Positions 19,147 to 28,724 of a DNA stretch of 64,000 bases are shown piece after piece. The stretch comes from Gammaproteobacteria bacterium. Its GTDB lineage: Bacteria > Pseudomonadota > Gammaproteobacteria > Steroidobacterales > Steroidobacteraceae. A program made the position numbers and the translations under genes. Location: positions 31 through 64,030 of the forward strand of contig JASHTF010000082.1 of NCBI GenBank assembly GCA_030040715.1. The letters run 5' to 3'. Position 1 is the first letter of the stretch; each line of letters starts with the position of its first letter. Under the pieces are notes generated by a model. The model was not told the DNA's origin, ran no database searches, and saw only the letters and a program-made list of their open reading frames with translations.

Positions 19147-19548
19147 ATGAGCATTCCCCGATATTTGCCGTTTATTGGCCGCCTGCTCATTGGCGTCCCG
19201 TTCATGATGAGCGGGATAAGCAAGATCATGGGCTATGGTGCGATTATCGCATTGATCAAGTCCTCGACGTTGCCGTTGCCAGCGCCCATGGCGTATGCCG
19301 GCGACATTGCTGTTGAGGTCGGTTGCGGACTGCTGATCATCCTGGGCTACCAGACTCGGATCGTAGCTTCCATCTTCGTCCTTTTCTGTTTCGCCACGGC
19401 GATCTTCTTTCACGCCCATTTCAATGATCCCAACCAGATCTTCCACTTCATCAAGAACATCATCATGGCGGGCGGGTTGCTCCAGGTTGTCGCGAACGGG
19501 CCTGGTGCATTCAGCATTGACAATCGGCGCAGCATTCAGGGAGCTTAA
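19147..19548 (+). CDS. DoxX-family membrane protein
   Basis: MSIPRYLPFIGRLLIGVPFMMSGISKI...GPGAFSIDNRR is a typical DoxX sequence. ATG 19147 has GGAG about 10 nt upstream. The tracked ORF starts earlier, at 19108. Confidence 0.8.
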   Translation: MSIPRYLPFIGRLLIGVPFMMSGISKIMGYGAIIALIKSSTLPLPAPMAYAGDIAVEVGCGLLIILGYQTRIVASIFVLFCFATAIFFHAHFNDPNQIFHFIKNIIMAGGLLQVVANGPGAFSIDNRRSIQGA

Positions 19549-19784
19549 GGATTGCGCGCTGTCCGCGCGAAGTGAAAACCTCGACAGATCAACGCCGCTC
19601 AGTTGTCCTAGCCTCGCGTGCGCTTTGTCAACGAAAGGGAAGGCACGCGGGCCATCGGTGCGCAGGCAGGTACCTACCTATCCGATAAGCTCCATGCCGG
19701 AGCACTTCCGCTCCTAAAGGGCAATTGGTGCAAGGAACGCCAATCGTTTTCGCAGTCGAGGCCCCGCGCAATCGCGGTTAAAAG

Positions 19785-19807
19785 AATCGCAAGCGTGGGG
19801 AAGACGC
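19785..19807 (+). promoter_or_regulatory. conserved 23-nt box, copy 2 (AATCGCAAGCGTGGGGAAGACGC)
   Basis: See copy 1. Lies about 138 nt upstream of the nitroreductase ATG at 19945. Coordinates cross-checked against the frame of tracked ORF 19618. Confidence 0.5.
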
Positions 19808-19944
19808 CGTTCGTACAGCACGCCTACCTTGGAGACTCTAACCCGCATGGCCTCCCGAGTGCGCCAAAAGGCCGAGACACACTTCATGACCACTTCTCCA
19901 CTTTGTCGGCCGCTCGCCCATGGGTCTGTCTGTGGCGGGGTAGT

Positions 19945-20538
19945 ATGACCGACAAACTGGATAGTCAAGCCCTCGATCGATTGTTCCGAACAGCCCGGAC
20001 GCGTAACGCGTGGACCGAGCGGCCGGTGACCGAACAGCAGCTGCGCGAGCTGTATGATCTGATGAAATTCGGGCCTACTTCCGGCAATTGTTGCCCGGCG
20101 CGCTTCGTCTGGATCAGCAGTGCCGAGGGCAAGAGCAAGCTTGCAGCCCTCGCCGCGCCCACCAATGCGCCCAAGATTCTGGTGGCGCCGGTTACGGTTA
20201 TCGTCGGCTACGATCTGGATTTCGCCGAACAGTTGCCGAAATTGTTCCCCGCGCGCGGCAGACAGATGCAGGCCTTTTATTCCGATCCCCTGGTCGCACA
20301 AACCACCGCTTTTCGCAACGGCAGCCTTCAGGGCGGCTATCTGATTATCGCCGCTCGCGCACTGGGATTGGACTGCGGTCCGATGTCCGGCTTTAGCAAC
20401 GATGCGGTGGATTCAGAATTCTTTGCCAATACTCGCATCAAATCCAATTTCATTTGCTCCATCGGCTACGGATCGAATGAAAATCTTTTCCCGCGTAACC
20501 CGAGATTGACGTTCGAGGAAGCAGGACGCTTCGCCTGA
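19945..20538 (+). CDS. nitroreductase-family protein, RutE / malonic semialdehyde reductase-like
   Basis: 197 aa from ATG 19945 (MTDKLDSQALDRLFRTARTRNAWTERPV...), matching the RutE-like family in length and N-terminal motif. The 109-codon extension in the tracked ORF covers intergenic sequence. Confidence 0.8.
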   Translation: MTDKLDSQALDRLFRTARTRNAWTERPVTEQQLRELYDLMKFGPTSGNCCPARFVWISSAEGKSKLAALAAPTNAPKILVAPVTVIVGYDLDFAEQLPKLFPARGRQMQAFYSDPLVAQTTAFRNGSLQGGYLIIAARALGLDCGPMSGFSNDAVDSEFFANTRIKSNFICSIGYGSNENLFPRNPRLTFEEAGRFA

Positions 20539-20550
20539 AGGAGCAACAAA

Positions 20551-22050
20551 ATGGATGGCGGCAAAGCAGTACCCAAGGTTGACCCCGTGCGGCATTGGAT
20601 CAACGGCGAGTGGGTCGGTTCGTCCACGGTGGCAAAATCCATAAGCCCTTCGACCGGCGAGGTGCTCGGGCAGTATTCGGCGGGCGGACGCACCGAAGCC
20701 GCCGCGGCAATCGCTGCGGCGCGGATTGCCTTTGACAATGGGACCTGGGCCTACCAACCGCAACTGCGCTCGCAGGCGCTTCTCGAACTTGCCGACAGAC
20801 TCGATGAGCGAGCGCAAGCGATTGCATTAACACTCAGCCGCGAGATGGGCAAGACGTTGCGGGATGCGACCTGGGAAGCCAGCTTGAGCCCGTCGACCCT
20901 ACGCTACAATGCGGGCACCGCGCTGTCTCGGACCGGGACGTCAGCAGAGATCGCGCCGGGGATATTCGCGACCTCTATGCGCGAGCCGATCGGCGTAGCG
21001 GCAATCATCGTTCCCTGGAATTCTCCCCTTGCCCTGCTCGTACGCGCGCTAGGTCCGGCGCTCGCGGCCGGCTGCACGACAGTCATTAAACTCCCCGGTC
21101 AAACGGCGTTGGTCAATTCTCTCATCGCTGAAGCAGTCGCGGCGACCCGAAGTTTGCCGAAAGGTGTGGTGAATATCTTCACGGAGGCTGGAAACGAGGG
21201 GGCGCCTCTGCTGGTCGAATCCCTCGGTGTCGATGTCATCAACTACACCGGCAGCACCAAGGTGGGCCGGCAGGTCGCCGAGAAGGCAGCACAAACGCTG
21301 AAGAGGACTTGCCTCGAATTGGGCGGGAAGACTCCGCTGATCGTTTTCGAAGACGCCGACATCGAGACCGTCGCACCACTCGTCGTAACAGCGCTCACAA
21401 AGTTCAACGGCGAATTCTGCATGACCGGCTCGCGCGTTCTGGTGCAACGCAGTGTAGCCGACGCGTGGCGAAAGCGGATCGCGTATCTTCTGGAGAGAGT
21501 CGCGATTGGTCGTGCCGACGATTTGAACAGCGAGATGGGTCCGTTGATCGATCGCGCCAACGTCGCCCGGATCGATCGCTTGGTCGAAGATGCAAAGCGC
21601 TATGCGCGGATCGTTGTTCGCGGCGGCCCAATTGATGACGGCCCGTTGGCGTCCGGTGCCTTTTATCGCCCTGCGATGTTGGAGACGGAGGCGTTGGACG
21701 TACCGTTGGTTCAGGAGGAGATATTCGGTCCGGTGCTGAGTTTCGAGACTTTCGCGACAGAGGAGCAGGCAATCGCCCGCGCGAATGCCACCATCTACGG
21801 GCTGGCCGCGGCGATCTTCACCAAGGACGTCGATCGTGCACAAAGAGTCGCTCGCGCCATCAGAGCAGGCACGGTGTGGACCAACACCTGGGGAATCCTA
21901 AGCGACGCTTTCGAAGAGGGCGGCTTCAAATGGAGCGGGATCGGACGCGCGCGGGGGCTTCGCGCGATGGAAGAATTTCAGGAAGTGAAAACGCAAATTC
22001 GTGTGATAGCGCCGGCGCCGGCGGATCGTCTGCACACGCAGGCATCTTGA
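20551..22050 (+). CDS. NAD(P)-dependent aldehyde dehydrogenase
   Basis: 499 aa with AAGGAG RBS. ALDH motifs are present (IVPWNSPL, ELGGKTP, the catalytic-Cys region FNGEFCMTGSR, EEIFGPV). Confidence 0.93.
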   Translation: MDGGKAVPKVDPVRHWINGEWVGSSTVAKSISPSTGEVLGQYSAGGRTEAAAAIAAARIAFDNGTWAYQPQLRSQALLELADRLDERAQAIALTLSREMGKTLRDATWEASLSPSTLRYNAGTALSRTGTSAEIAPGIFATSMREPIGVAAIIVPWNSPLALLVRALGPALAAGCTTVIKLPGQTALVNSLIAEAVAATRSLPKGVVNIFTEAGNEGAPLLVESLGVDVINYTGSTKVGRQVAEKAAQTLKRTCLELGGKTPLIVFEDADIETVAPLVVTALTKFNGEFCMTGSRVLVQRSVADAWRKRIAYLLERVAIGRADDLNSEMGPLIDRANVARIDRLVEDAKRYARIVVRGGPIDDGPLASGAFYRPAMLETEALDVPLVQEEIFGPVLSFETFATEEQAIARANATIYGLAAAIFTKDVDRAQRVARAIRAGTVWTNTWGILSDAFEEGGFKWSGIGRARGLRAMEEFQEVKTQIRVIAPAPADRLHTQAS

Positions 22051-22069
22051 TTGTGATAGGGAAATATTC

Positions 22070-23116
22070 ATGACCGTTCCGAGCCTGCCCAAGCTGGGCA
22101 CACCGCCGGCGCCGCCGCCCCTGCGCAAGATCGCACTCGAGGAGCATTTCGGTCATCCCAGTCTTTTCATGCGCGATCGCGACGGCGGGTTCGACACTCG
22201 CAGGGAAGCGATCATCGGTCATCTCGGTCCGGAGTATTTCCAGCTGGTTCAGCATCGGCTTCTAGATTTTGATACCGCGCGCCTCGAGGCGATGGACGAG
22301 GCCGGCGTCGAGAAGGTGCTGCTCTCGCTCACAACATTCGGCATCCAGGCGATCGCTGACCGGGACCGGGCGCAGAGCACGGCGCGCACCGTCAACGACT
22401 ATCTCGCCGAACGTGTGCGAGCGCATCCGAATCGCTATGTTGGCATGGCGAGCCTGGCCCTCCATGACGCCGACCAAGCGGCGCGCGAACTCGAGCGCTG
22501 TGTGACCAAACTGGGGTTTAAAGGGGTCATGGTGAACGGCTACAGCCAGGTCGATGCGCCAGACAATTTGCTCTATCTTGACGATGCACGGATGACGCCG
22601 CTATGGGAGGCGCTGACGGAGCTTGACGTACCCCTCTATATCCACCCGCGGCCATCGCACAACGCTGTCCAATACGACTCTCATCCGGAGCTCACCGGCG
22701 CGGCCTGGGGTTTCGCGCCGGAGACGGCGACGCATGCGCTACGCATTGTGTATAGCGGCTTCTTCGATCGGTTCCCGACTGCGAAGCTGGTGCTGGGACA
22801 TCTCGGTGAAGGCCTGCCGTTCCTCGCCTGGCGCATTCAGCACGGTATCAATTTTAGCCCTAACGGCCGCAGCACAAAGAAGCGCCTAAGCGACTATCTC
22901 GCGGACAACATCTGGGTCACCACGAGCGGCAATTTCAGCACCCAGGCGCTTCACTGCACGATGCTGACGATGGGCGCCGATCGCATCCTCTTCGCGGCTG
23001 ACTATCCGTACGAAGATTATGCCGAGGCCCGGGATTTCATCGAGACGGTACCGATCAGCGAGAGCGACCGTCGCAAGATCGCCTACGACAACGCCAAGGC
23101 GCTGTACAGGCTGTAG
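22070..23116 (+). CDS. amidohydrolase_2 family metal-dependent decarboxylase/hydrolase (ACMSD / gamma-resorcylate decarboxylase-like)
   Basis: N-terminal KIALEEHF, HPRPS, LVLGHLGEGLPF and FAADYPYE are the characteristic metal-ligand segments of this family. Confidence 0.85.
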   Translation: MTVPSLPKLGTPPAPPPLRKIALEEHFGHPSLFMRDRDGGFDTRREAIIGHLGPEYFQLVQHRLLDFDTARLEAMDEAGVEKVLLSLTTFGIQAIADRDRAQSTARTVNDYLAERVRAHPNRYVGMASLALHDADQAARELERCVTKLGFKGVMVNGYSQVDAPDNLLYLDDARMTPLWEALTELDVPLYIHPRPSHNAVQYDSHPELTGAAWGFAPETATHALRIVYSGFFDRFPTAKLVLGHLGEGLPFLAWRIQHGINFSPNGRSTKKRLSDYLADNIWVTTSGNFSTQALHCTMLTMGADRILFAADYPYEDYAEARDFIETVPISESDRRKIAYDNAKALYRL

Positions 23117-23244
23117 GAGGGCGCCAGCGTCGATGGATCTATCAACTATCGACCTTTTGGGCCGCTTTGAGGCGCTGAGAGGCGTGGCGCATGCCCTTGG
23201 GTCGGCGTCAGTCTAAGGTCACTTCCAAGCAGAGGAGCTCGCCG

Positions 23245-24114
23245 ATGTCGCTGTCATCGAAGAACTCGGGTCGGTCGGCTGTCGTTACCGGGGCCGGCAG
23301 CGGTCTTGGCCGCGACATCGCCCTCGGGCTCGCGGCGAAGAACTACATCGTCTTCGGTACGGCGTTCACCGCCGCGGAGGTCCAGGATCTGAAGGACGCA
23401 TCGGCCGCGCGCGTCAGCCTCACAGTGTGCGACATTACCAAGGAGCAGGCCGTGAGAGCCTGGGCCGCCAGCGTGTCTGACGCGCTGGATGGCGGCGGCC
23501 TAAATCTCCTCATCAATAACGCCGGCATTCTCACTCCCGGGCCGCTCGAGATTTTGCCACTGGACGCCGTGCGCCATGAGTTCGAAGTCAATGTCTTCGG
23601 AGCCTTGTCGGTCATGAATGCATTCCTTCCGGCGCTTCGGAAGGCACGCGGCCGTATCGTTCAGATCAGCACCTGGACTGCCAGCCTTCCGCTTCCTTTC
23701 AACGGGCCGTCGGGCGCATCGAAGGCGGCGATGGAGGTGTTCGCTACCGTCTACCGGGCTGAATTGAAACCCTTCGGAATCGACGTAGTCGTAGCGCCGG
23801 CCGGCAATATGAGAACGGGTGGTCCGGCCAAGACCGCCGCGGCACTCGCGCAAATGGCCGGGCGGATGACGCCGCAGGAGCGTCAGCTCTACGGACGGGC
23901 GTTCGACACTTTCACTGCGAAGCTCAACAGCATGCAGGAGAGCGGCCTCGCATCGGTGGAAGCCGCGGCGCGCGTGATCGAGCTGGCAGAGCAGAACCCG
24001 GCAGCCCGCTTTGCCGCAGTCGGTGCGGACGCCGAAGAGATCCTGCGCGCCGTGCGCGAGCGATCGGACGCGGAGCAGGATGCTCTGCGCCTCCAAATCG
24101 TCGGACTGAACTAG
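23245..24114 (+). CDS. short-chain dehydrogenase/reductase (SDR)
   Basis: AVVTGAGSGLGRD Rossmann motif and NNAG. AGAGGAG RBS precedes ATG 23245; the tracked ORF starts at 23191. Confidence 0.88.
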   Translation: MSLSSKNSGRSAVVTGAGSGLGRDIALGLAAKNYIVFGTAFTAAEVQDLKDASAARVSLTVCDITKEQAVRAWAASVSDALDGGGLNLLINNAGILTPGPLEILPLDAVRHEFEVNVFGALSVMNAFLPALRKARGRIVQISTWTASLPLPFNGPSGASKAAMEVFATVYRAELKPFGIDVVVAPAGNMRTGGPAKTAAALAQMAGRMTPQERQLYGRAFDTFTAKLNSMQESGLASVEAAARVIELAEQNPAARFAAVGADAEEILRAVRERSDAEQDALRLQIVGLN

Positions 24115-24154
24115 ATTCAACCCGCCTGTCGACTCCTAGGTAACGGAGAAAATC

Positions 24155-24613
24155 ATGATCGAGATAGTTGACACGGCCGACAGCCGCGCCGTCCGGAACA
24201 AGAACAACGTGCTCGCACTATATGAGTTGATGATCAATCAGAAGCGATCCGAAGAGGCGACGGCCAAATTCATCGGCCCGTCGTACATCCAGCACAACCC
24301 GATCATTCCAGACGGACCAGTCGCACTAGGTCAGTTCTTCGGAAAGGTCACGAGGGAGCGATCCCGCGCCCGTGTCGTCGTCCACAAGATCATCGCAGCC
24401 GGCGACTACGTCTGGGCGCATTTGAACTTCCTGAATTTGTTCACCGATGATCCGAACGACACGGGCATCGCTGGCGTCGATATCTATCGGATGGATTCCG
24501 AGGGCAAGGCGGTTGAACATTGGGACACCTTGCAGGTTGTGGGAACGCGCCAGAACTCTGCACCGCTCATCGCTGCGAACATCCCGCGGGCCAACGCCAA
24601 CAGCATGTTCTGA
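24155..24613 (+). CDS. NTF2/SnoaL-like protein
   Basis: 152 aa. NKNNVLALYELMINQ...YIQHNPIIPDG...GDYVWAHLNF...DIYRMDSEGKAVEHWD is typical of SnoaL-like ester-cyclase-type proteins. Confidence 0.65.
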   Translation: MIEIVDTADSRAVRNKNNVLALYELMINQKRSEEATAKFIGPSYIQHNPIIPDGPVALGQFFGKVTRERSRARVVVHKIIAAGDYVWAHLNFLNLFTDDPNDTGIAGVDIYRMDSEGKAVEHWDTLQVVGTRQNSAPLIAANIPRANANSMF

Positions 24614-24657
24614 GCGCCGATGCTGATTGAGAGGAATCCACAGAGGCAGATCGTCCC

Positions 24658-25902
24658 ATGAGGTCCTTCTGCGTCATGTCGACGGTTGCGGTGACGGTTG
24701 TCTTATCGCCGGCGTTTTGCAACGCCGGCGAGACCAGTTTGGTGAGCCAAGGCCGATACCTGACGCAACTCGCCGGCTGCCCTTCGTGCCATACCGCTCC
24801 TGGCCGACCATCGTTCGCCGGCGGCTACGTGATGAAGCTGCCCATGGGCACCCTTTATACGCCCAATATCACGCCGGATCGCGAAACGGGGATCGGCACG
24901 TGGAGCGATGATGATTTCGTGCGTGCCATGCAGCAGGGCGTCGGCCGAGATGGACGGCATCTCTACCCAGCGTTCCCCTATACGTCGTACACGCTAATGA
25001 CTCGTTCCGATATCCTTGCAATCAAGGCCTACTTGTTCAGCCTTGCGCCGGTCCATAATGTGCCGCCGCCAGACAGCATGAAATTTCCTTACAACATGCG
25101 GTCACTGATCGGCGGATGGAACCGGCTCTTTTTATCAGATCGGCGATTCCAGGATGATTCGCACCAATCGGCGCAATGGAACCGCGGCGCGTATCTGGTT
25201 CGATCCGTCGGACACTGTGGTGAGTGCCACACGCCAAGAGGCCGACTCAGTCAGGCTATGGAGCAGAGCAAGTTCCTGGGGGGCGGCATCGCTGACGGCT
25301 GGTCTGCTTACAACATTACATCGGATCCCATTGCCGGCATCGGTGCCTGGTCGAGCGATGATCTCAAGCGATATCTTCTGAGCGGCGCAGCCCCCGGCAA
25401 AGGCTGGGCTGCCGGACCTATGGGGCTTGAGGTAGCCAACAGCACGCGGTACCTGACCGAGGAGGATGTGCTTTCGGTTGTGACCTACCTGCGCACTGTT
25501 ATACCGGTGCGCGCCGGCGACAAAGTATCACGATCCGCGGCTGCGGAGATCCCCAGAAACAGGTCCCCTTCGTCCCTCGATCAAATGCCGGGCGCACGGA
25601 TCTACGATCTCTACTGTGCCAACTGTCACGGCAGCTCTGCGGTGCCGGTCGCGGATCTGTATCCATCGATGAGGAACGAGAGTACGGTCGGGGATACTCC
25701 GCCGCGGAACCTGGTGATGATCATCCTACTTGGGGCGCTGGACAGCTTCGGCTCAGGGGGCGCGTCCATGCCGTCTTTTGCGCGCAAATTCGATGACCGC
25801 CAGATAGCCGACTTGGTCAACTACCTTGAGGTACAGGACGGCAATCCCAAGGCGTCGATAGGGCCAGGGCAAGTCGGCGGGTGGCGCTCCCAAGCCCCTT
25901 AA
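24658..25902 (+). CDS. tri-haem cytochrome c subunit of a membrane-associated dehydrogenase
   Basis: Three CxxCH motifs (CPSCH, CGECH, CANCH) and an N-terminal signal-like segment. Architecture resembles the cytochrome c subunits of aldehyde/alcohol/gluconate dehydrogenases. Confidence 0.85.
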   Translation: MRSFCVMSTVAVTVVLSPAFCNAGETSLVSQGRYLTQLAGCPSCHTAPGRPSFAGGYVMKLPMGTLYTPNITPDRETGIGTWSDDDFVRAMQQGVGRDGRHLYPAFPYTSYTLMTRSDILAIKAYLFSLAPVHNVPPPDSMKFPYNMRSLIGGWNRLFLSDRRFQDDSHQSAQWNRGAYLVRSVGHCGECHTPRGRLSQAMEQSKFLGGGIADGWSAYNITSDPIAGIGAWSSDDLKRYLLSGAAPGKGWAAGPMGLEVANSTRYLTEEDVLSVVTYLRTVIPVRAGDKVSRSAAAEIPRNRSPSSLDQMPGARIYDLYCANCHGSSAVPVADLYPSMRNESTVGDTPPRNLVMIILLGALDSFGSGGASMPSFARKFDDRQIADLVNYLEVQDGNPKASIGPGQVGGWRSQAP

Positions 25903-25928
25903 GGACGATCTTGGGAGGGACGATACCA

Positions 25929-26399
25929 ATGCCGGAAACGTTTCGCATACAGGTAAACGGCGTCGAGCATTCCGTCACGGCCGACGGCGATACACCGCTG
26001 CTTTACGTTTTGCGCAATGATCTCGGGCTCAACGGGCCGAAATTTGGATGCGGCCTCGAGCAATGCGGGGCGTGCACCGCCATCGTCGGTGCCGAGGCCA
26101 TCCGCACCTGTGTGTTTCCGCTCTCGGCCGTCGGCAGCGCGCCGGTGGTCACGCTGGAGGGACTCGGTACCGTCGAGGAGCCGCATCCACTTCAAAAGGC
26201 TTTCATTGCCGAGCAAGCAGCGCAGTGCGGCTATTGCATCAACGGAATGATCATGACGGCGAAGGCGTTGCTTGACAGGAATCCACGCCCGACCAGAACC
26301 GAAATCCGCCAAGCGCTCGCCAGAAATCTGTGCCGTTGTGGCACTCACTTGCGCATTGTTCGCGCGATCGAGAACGCTGCGAAAGGAGCGGTGCCGTGA
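25929..26399 (+). CDS. (2Fe-2S)-binding small subunit of a molybdopterin hydroxylase (IorA-like)
   Basis: GCGLEQCGACT and CGYCINGMI...CRCGTH cluster motifs. GGGAGGG RBS precedes ATG 25929. Confidence 0.92.
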   Translation: MPETFRIQVNGVEHSVTADGDTPLLYVLRNDLGLNGPKFGCGLEQCGACTAIVGAEAIRTCVFPLSAVGSAPVVTLEGLGTVEEPHPLQKAFIAEQAAQCGYCINGMIMTAKALLDRNPRPTRTEIRQALARNLCRCGTHLRIVRAIENAAKGAVP

Positions 26400-28648
26400 G
26401 ACCCGGCTCGAATGCGCGCCGGACTGGCCGCACCTACTCGCGACGCCAATTCGGTCAAGCTGCCGCAGGGATCGTACTTTTCTTCTCAATGCGCCCCGGT
26501 GCTATTCTCGGGCAGTCCGCACCCGGCGGATTACCCGCCGATCTGAAAGCCAACAGGCGGCTGGATTCGTGGCTGAGAATTAATGCCGAGGGAAATATCG
26601 AAGTCTTCACCGGCAAGGTGGAGCTCGGTCAGGGCAATCTTACCGCGCTGGCGCAGATCGCGGCCGAGGAGCTCGATGTCGCGTTCGAGCGAGTTCGCAT
26701 GCGCCCGGTGGACACTTCTCATTCCCCGGATGAGAGTTATACGGCCGGCAGCGCGTCGATCCAGGCCGGCGGCAGCGCGCTCGGCTACGCGGCCGCGAAT
26801 GCCCGAGCAATCCTTTTGGAGTTGGCGGCCGCGAAATTGGGCGTGCCCATTGGGAGTCTGACGGTCGACGACGGTGTGATCAGCAGTTCGGGGGCCGCGA
26901 ACCGGGTCACGTACTGGCAGCTCGCTTCGGAAACGCCGCTTGCACGCAACGCCGGCAATGACGTCCCTCTCAAGAGCACCTCCAAATACCGGATCGTGGG
27001 TACGTCTGTGCCGAGGCTCGACATCCCTGCGAAGCTCACCGGCGGCGAAGCCTATGTGCAGGATATGCGCGTGCCGGGGATGCTGTTCGGACGTGTCGTG
27101 CGGCCGCCCAGTTATGGTGCCCGTCTGAGCGCATTCGACGATACCGCGGTGAAAGCACTACCGGGCGTCGTCAGTGTGGTTCGCGACGGTCGGTTTCTGG
27201 GTGTGGTGGCACGCCGAGAGGAGCAGGCGCTGGCGGCGCGCGCTGTATTGCAGCGAGCCGCGACCTGGACAACACGGAGCGAGCTTCCTGACGATGCACG
27301 CCTGGCGCATTTCTTGAGGGCTTCCACGGACGCGCGGGTGACGACGGTGAGTTCAAGATCGCCGGGCCCGAATACACCTCAAGCGGTGAAGACCCTGACG
27401 GGCAACTATTTCAAGCCCTATGTCGCGCATGCCTCGATCGGGCCTTCCTGCGCCCTCGCGGCCGTAAGCGACCGTATCCTTACAGTCTGGTCCCACACAC
27501 AAGGGCCCTATCAGCTGCGCATCGACTTGGCGAAGGCTACGGGTCTGGCTCTCGACAACATCCGCGTCATCCACGCACAAGGTTCCGGCTGCTACGGCCA
27601 TAACGGCGCTGACGACGTGGCGCTCGACGCCGCCCTGTTGAGCCGCGCAGTCGACGGCGCACCAGTCAAAGTACAGTGGATGCGGGATGACGAGTTCGGC
27701 TGGGAACCCTTCGGCAGCGCAATGGCCATGACGGTGCAGGCAAAGCTGGCCGGGGATGGCTCCATCGTCGATTGGCAATACGATCTTTGGAGCGATTCAT
27801 TCAACATGCGTCCCGGCTTACCCGGGGGCGTGAATCTGTTGGCTGCCTGGCACCTGGCACAACCCTTCCAAGCTACGCCGCCGAGCGAGATTCCCCTGCC
27901 GAGCGGCGGAGCCGATCGGAACGCCGTCCCCTATTACGACTTTCCGAGCCAGCGGATTACAGAGCACTTCTTGCCGACGCTGCCGATACGCGTTTCGGCG
28001 CTCCGCTCCCTGGGGGCATTCGGCAACGCGTTCGCTGTCGAATCCTTTATGGACGAACTCGCTGAAACTGTCGGGGCCGACCCGGTGGAATACCGTCTCC
28101 GCCACTTGCGCGACGACCGAGCCAAAGCCGTCATCCGAGCTGTCGCCGATCGAGCCCATTGGCAGCCCGGCGCTAAGGGCGATGGCACGCGCGGACGCGG
28201 AATATCGTTCTTGCGCTATGAATCGGTCAAAACATATGTCGCACTCGTTGCCGACATCGTCGTCGATCGGACTGCCGGGGTCATTCGGGTCGAACGCATG
28301 ACCGCGGCCGCCGACGCCGGTTTGATCGTCACGCCCGATGGCATCTCCAATCAGATTGAAGGCTCGATCATTCAGGGGACTAGTTGGGCGCTCAAGGAGG
28401 CGGTGCGCTTCGATCGCGAGCGCATCACCTCGCGCGATTGGGCGAGCTATCCAATCCTGAGCTTTCCTGAGGTGCCGGAGATTGACATCGTGCTTCTCAA
28501 TCGGCCGGATTTACCATCGTTGGGCGCAGGAGAAGCGGCATTGCCGCCGGTGCCAGCGGCCATTGCGAACGCATTTTTCAACGCAACCGGAAAGCGCCTT
28601 CGTGATCTCCCTTTCGGGCGCGATCGGGTCAAAGCTGCCCTGACCTAG
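26396..28648 (+). CDS. molybdopterin-binding large subunit of an aldehyde oxidase/xanthine dehydrogenase-family hydroxylase (IorB-like), with a Tat-type signal
   Basis: GTG 26396 overlaps the stop of the 2Fe-2S gene (GTGA) and AAAGGAG lies 9 nt upstream. The N-terminus has SRRQF followed by a hydrophobic stretch. Family motifs include VELGQGNLTALAQIAAEEL and the C-terminal GAGEAALPPVPAAIANA. Confidence 0.9.
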   Translation: MRPGSNARRTGRTYSRRQFGQAAAGIVLFFSMRPGAILGQSAPGGLPADLKANRRLDSWLRINAEGNIEVFTGKVELGQGNLTALAQIAAEELDVAFERVRMRPVDTSHSPDESYTAGSASIQAGGSALGYAAANARAILLELAAAKLGVPIGSLTVDDGVISSSGAANRVTYWQLASETPLARNAGNDVPLKSTSKYRIVGTSVPRLDIPAKLTGGEAYVQDMRVPGMLFGRVVRPPSYGARLSAFDDTAVKALPGVVSVVRDGRFLGVVARREEQALAARAVLQRAATWTTRSELPDDARLAHFLRASTDARVTTVSSRSPGPNTPQAVKTLTGNYFKPYVAHASIGPSCALAAVSDRILTVWSHTQGPYQLRIDLAKATGLALDNIRVIHAQGSGCYGHNGADDVALDAALLSRAVDGAPVKVQWMRDDEFGWEPFGSAMAMTVQAKLAGDGSIVDWQYDLWSDSFNMRPGLPGGVNLLAAWHLAQPFQATPPSEIPLPSGGADRNAVPYYDFPSQRITEHFLPTLPIRVSALRSLGAFGNAFAVESFMDELAETVGADPVEYRLRHLRDDRAKAVIRAVADRAHWQPGAKGDGTRGRGISFLRYESVKTYVALVADIVVDRTAGVIRVERMTAAADAGLIVTPDGISNQIEGSIIQGTSWALKEAVRFDRERITSRDWASYPILSFPEVPEIDIVLLNRPDLPSLGAGEAALPPVPAAIANAFFNATGKRLRDLPFGRDRVKAALT

Positions 28649-28724
28649 CGGCGTTTGTCGTCGACAGAATCGAAGTGATTCGATCGCCATTGACGTAAGT
28701 TCAGTCACAGTAAGGAGTCGTAAC

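Noticed and set aside
19618-19944. N-terminal 109 codons of tracked ORF 19618..20538
   Set aside because: RutE-like nitroreductases are about 196 aa and the homologous sequence starts at ATG 19945. The extension covers intergenic DNA, including the conserved 23-nt box.
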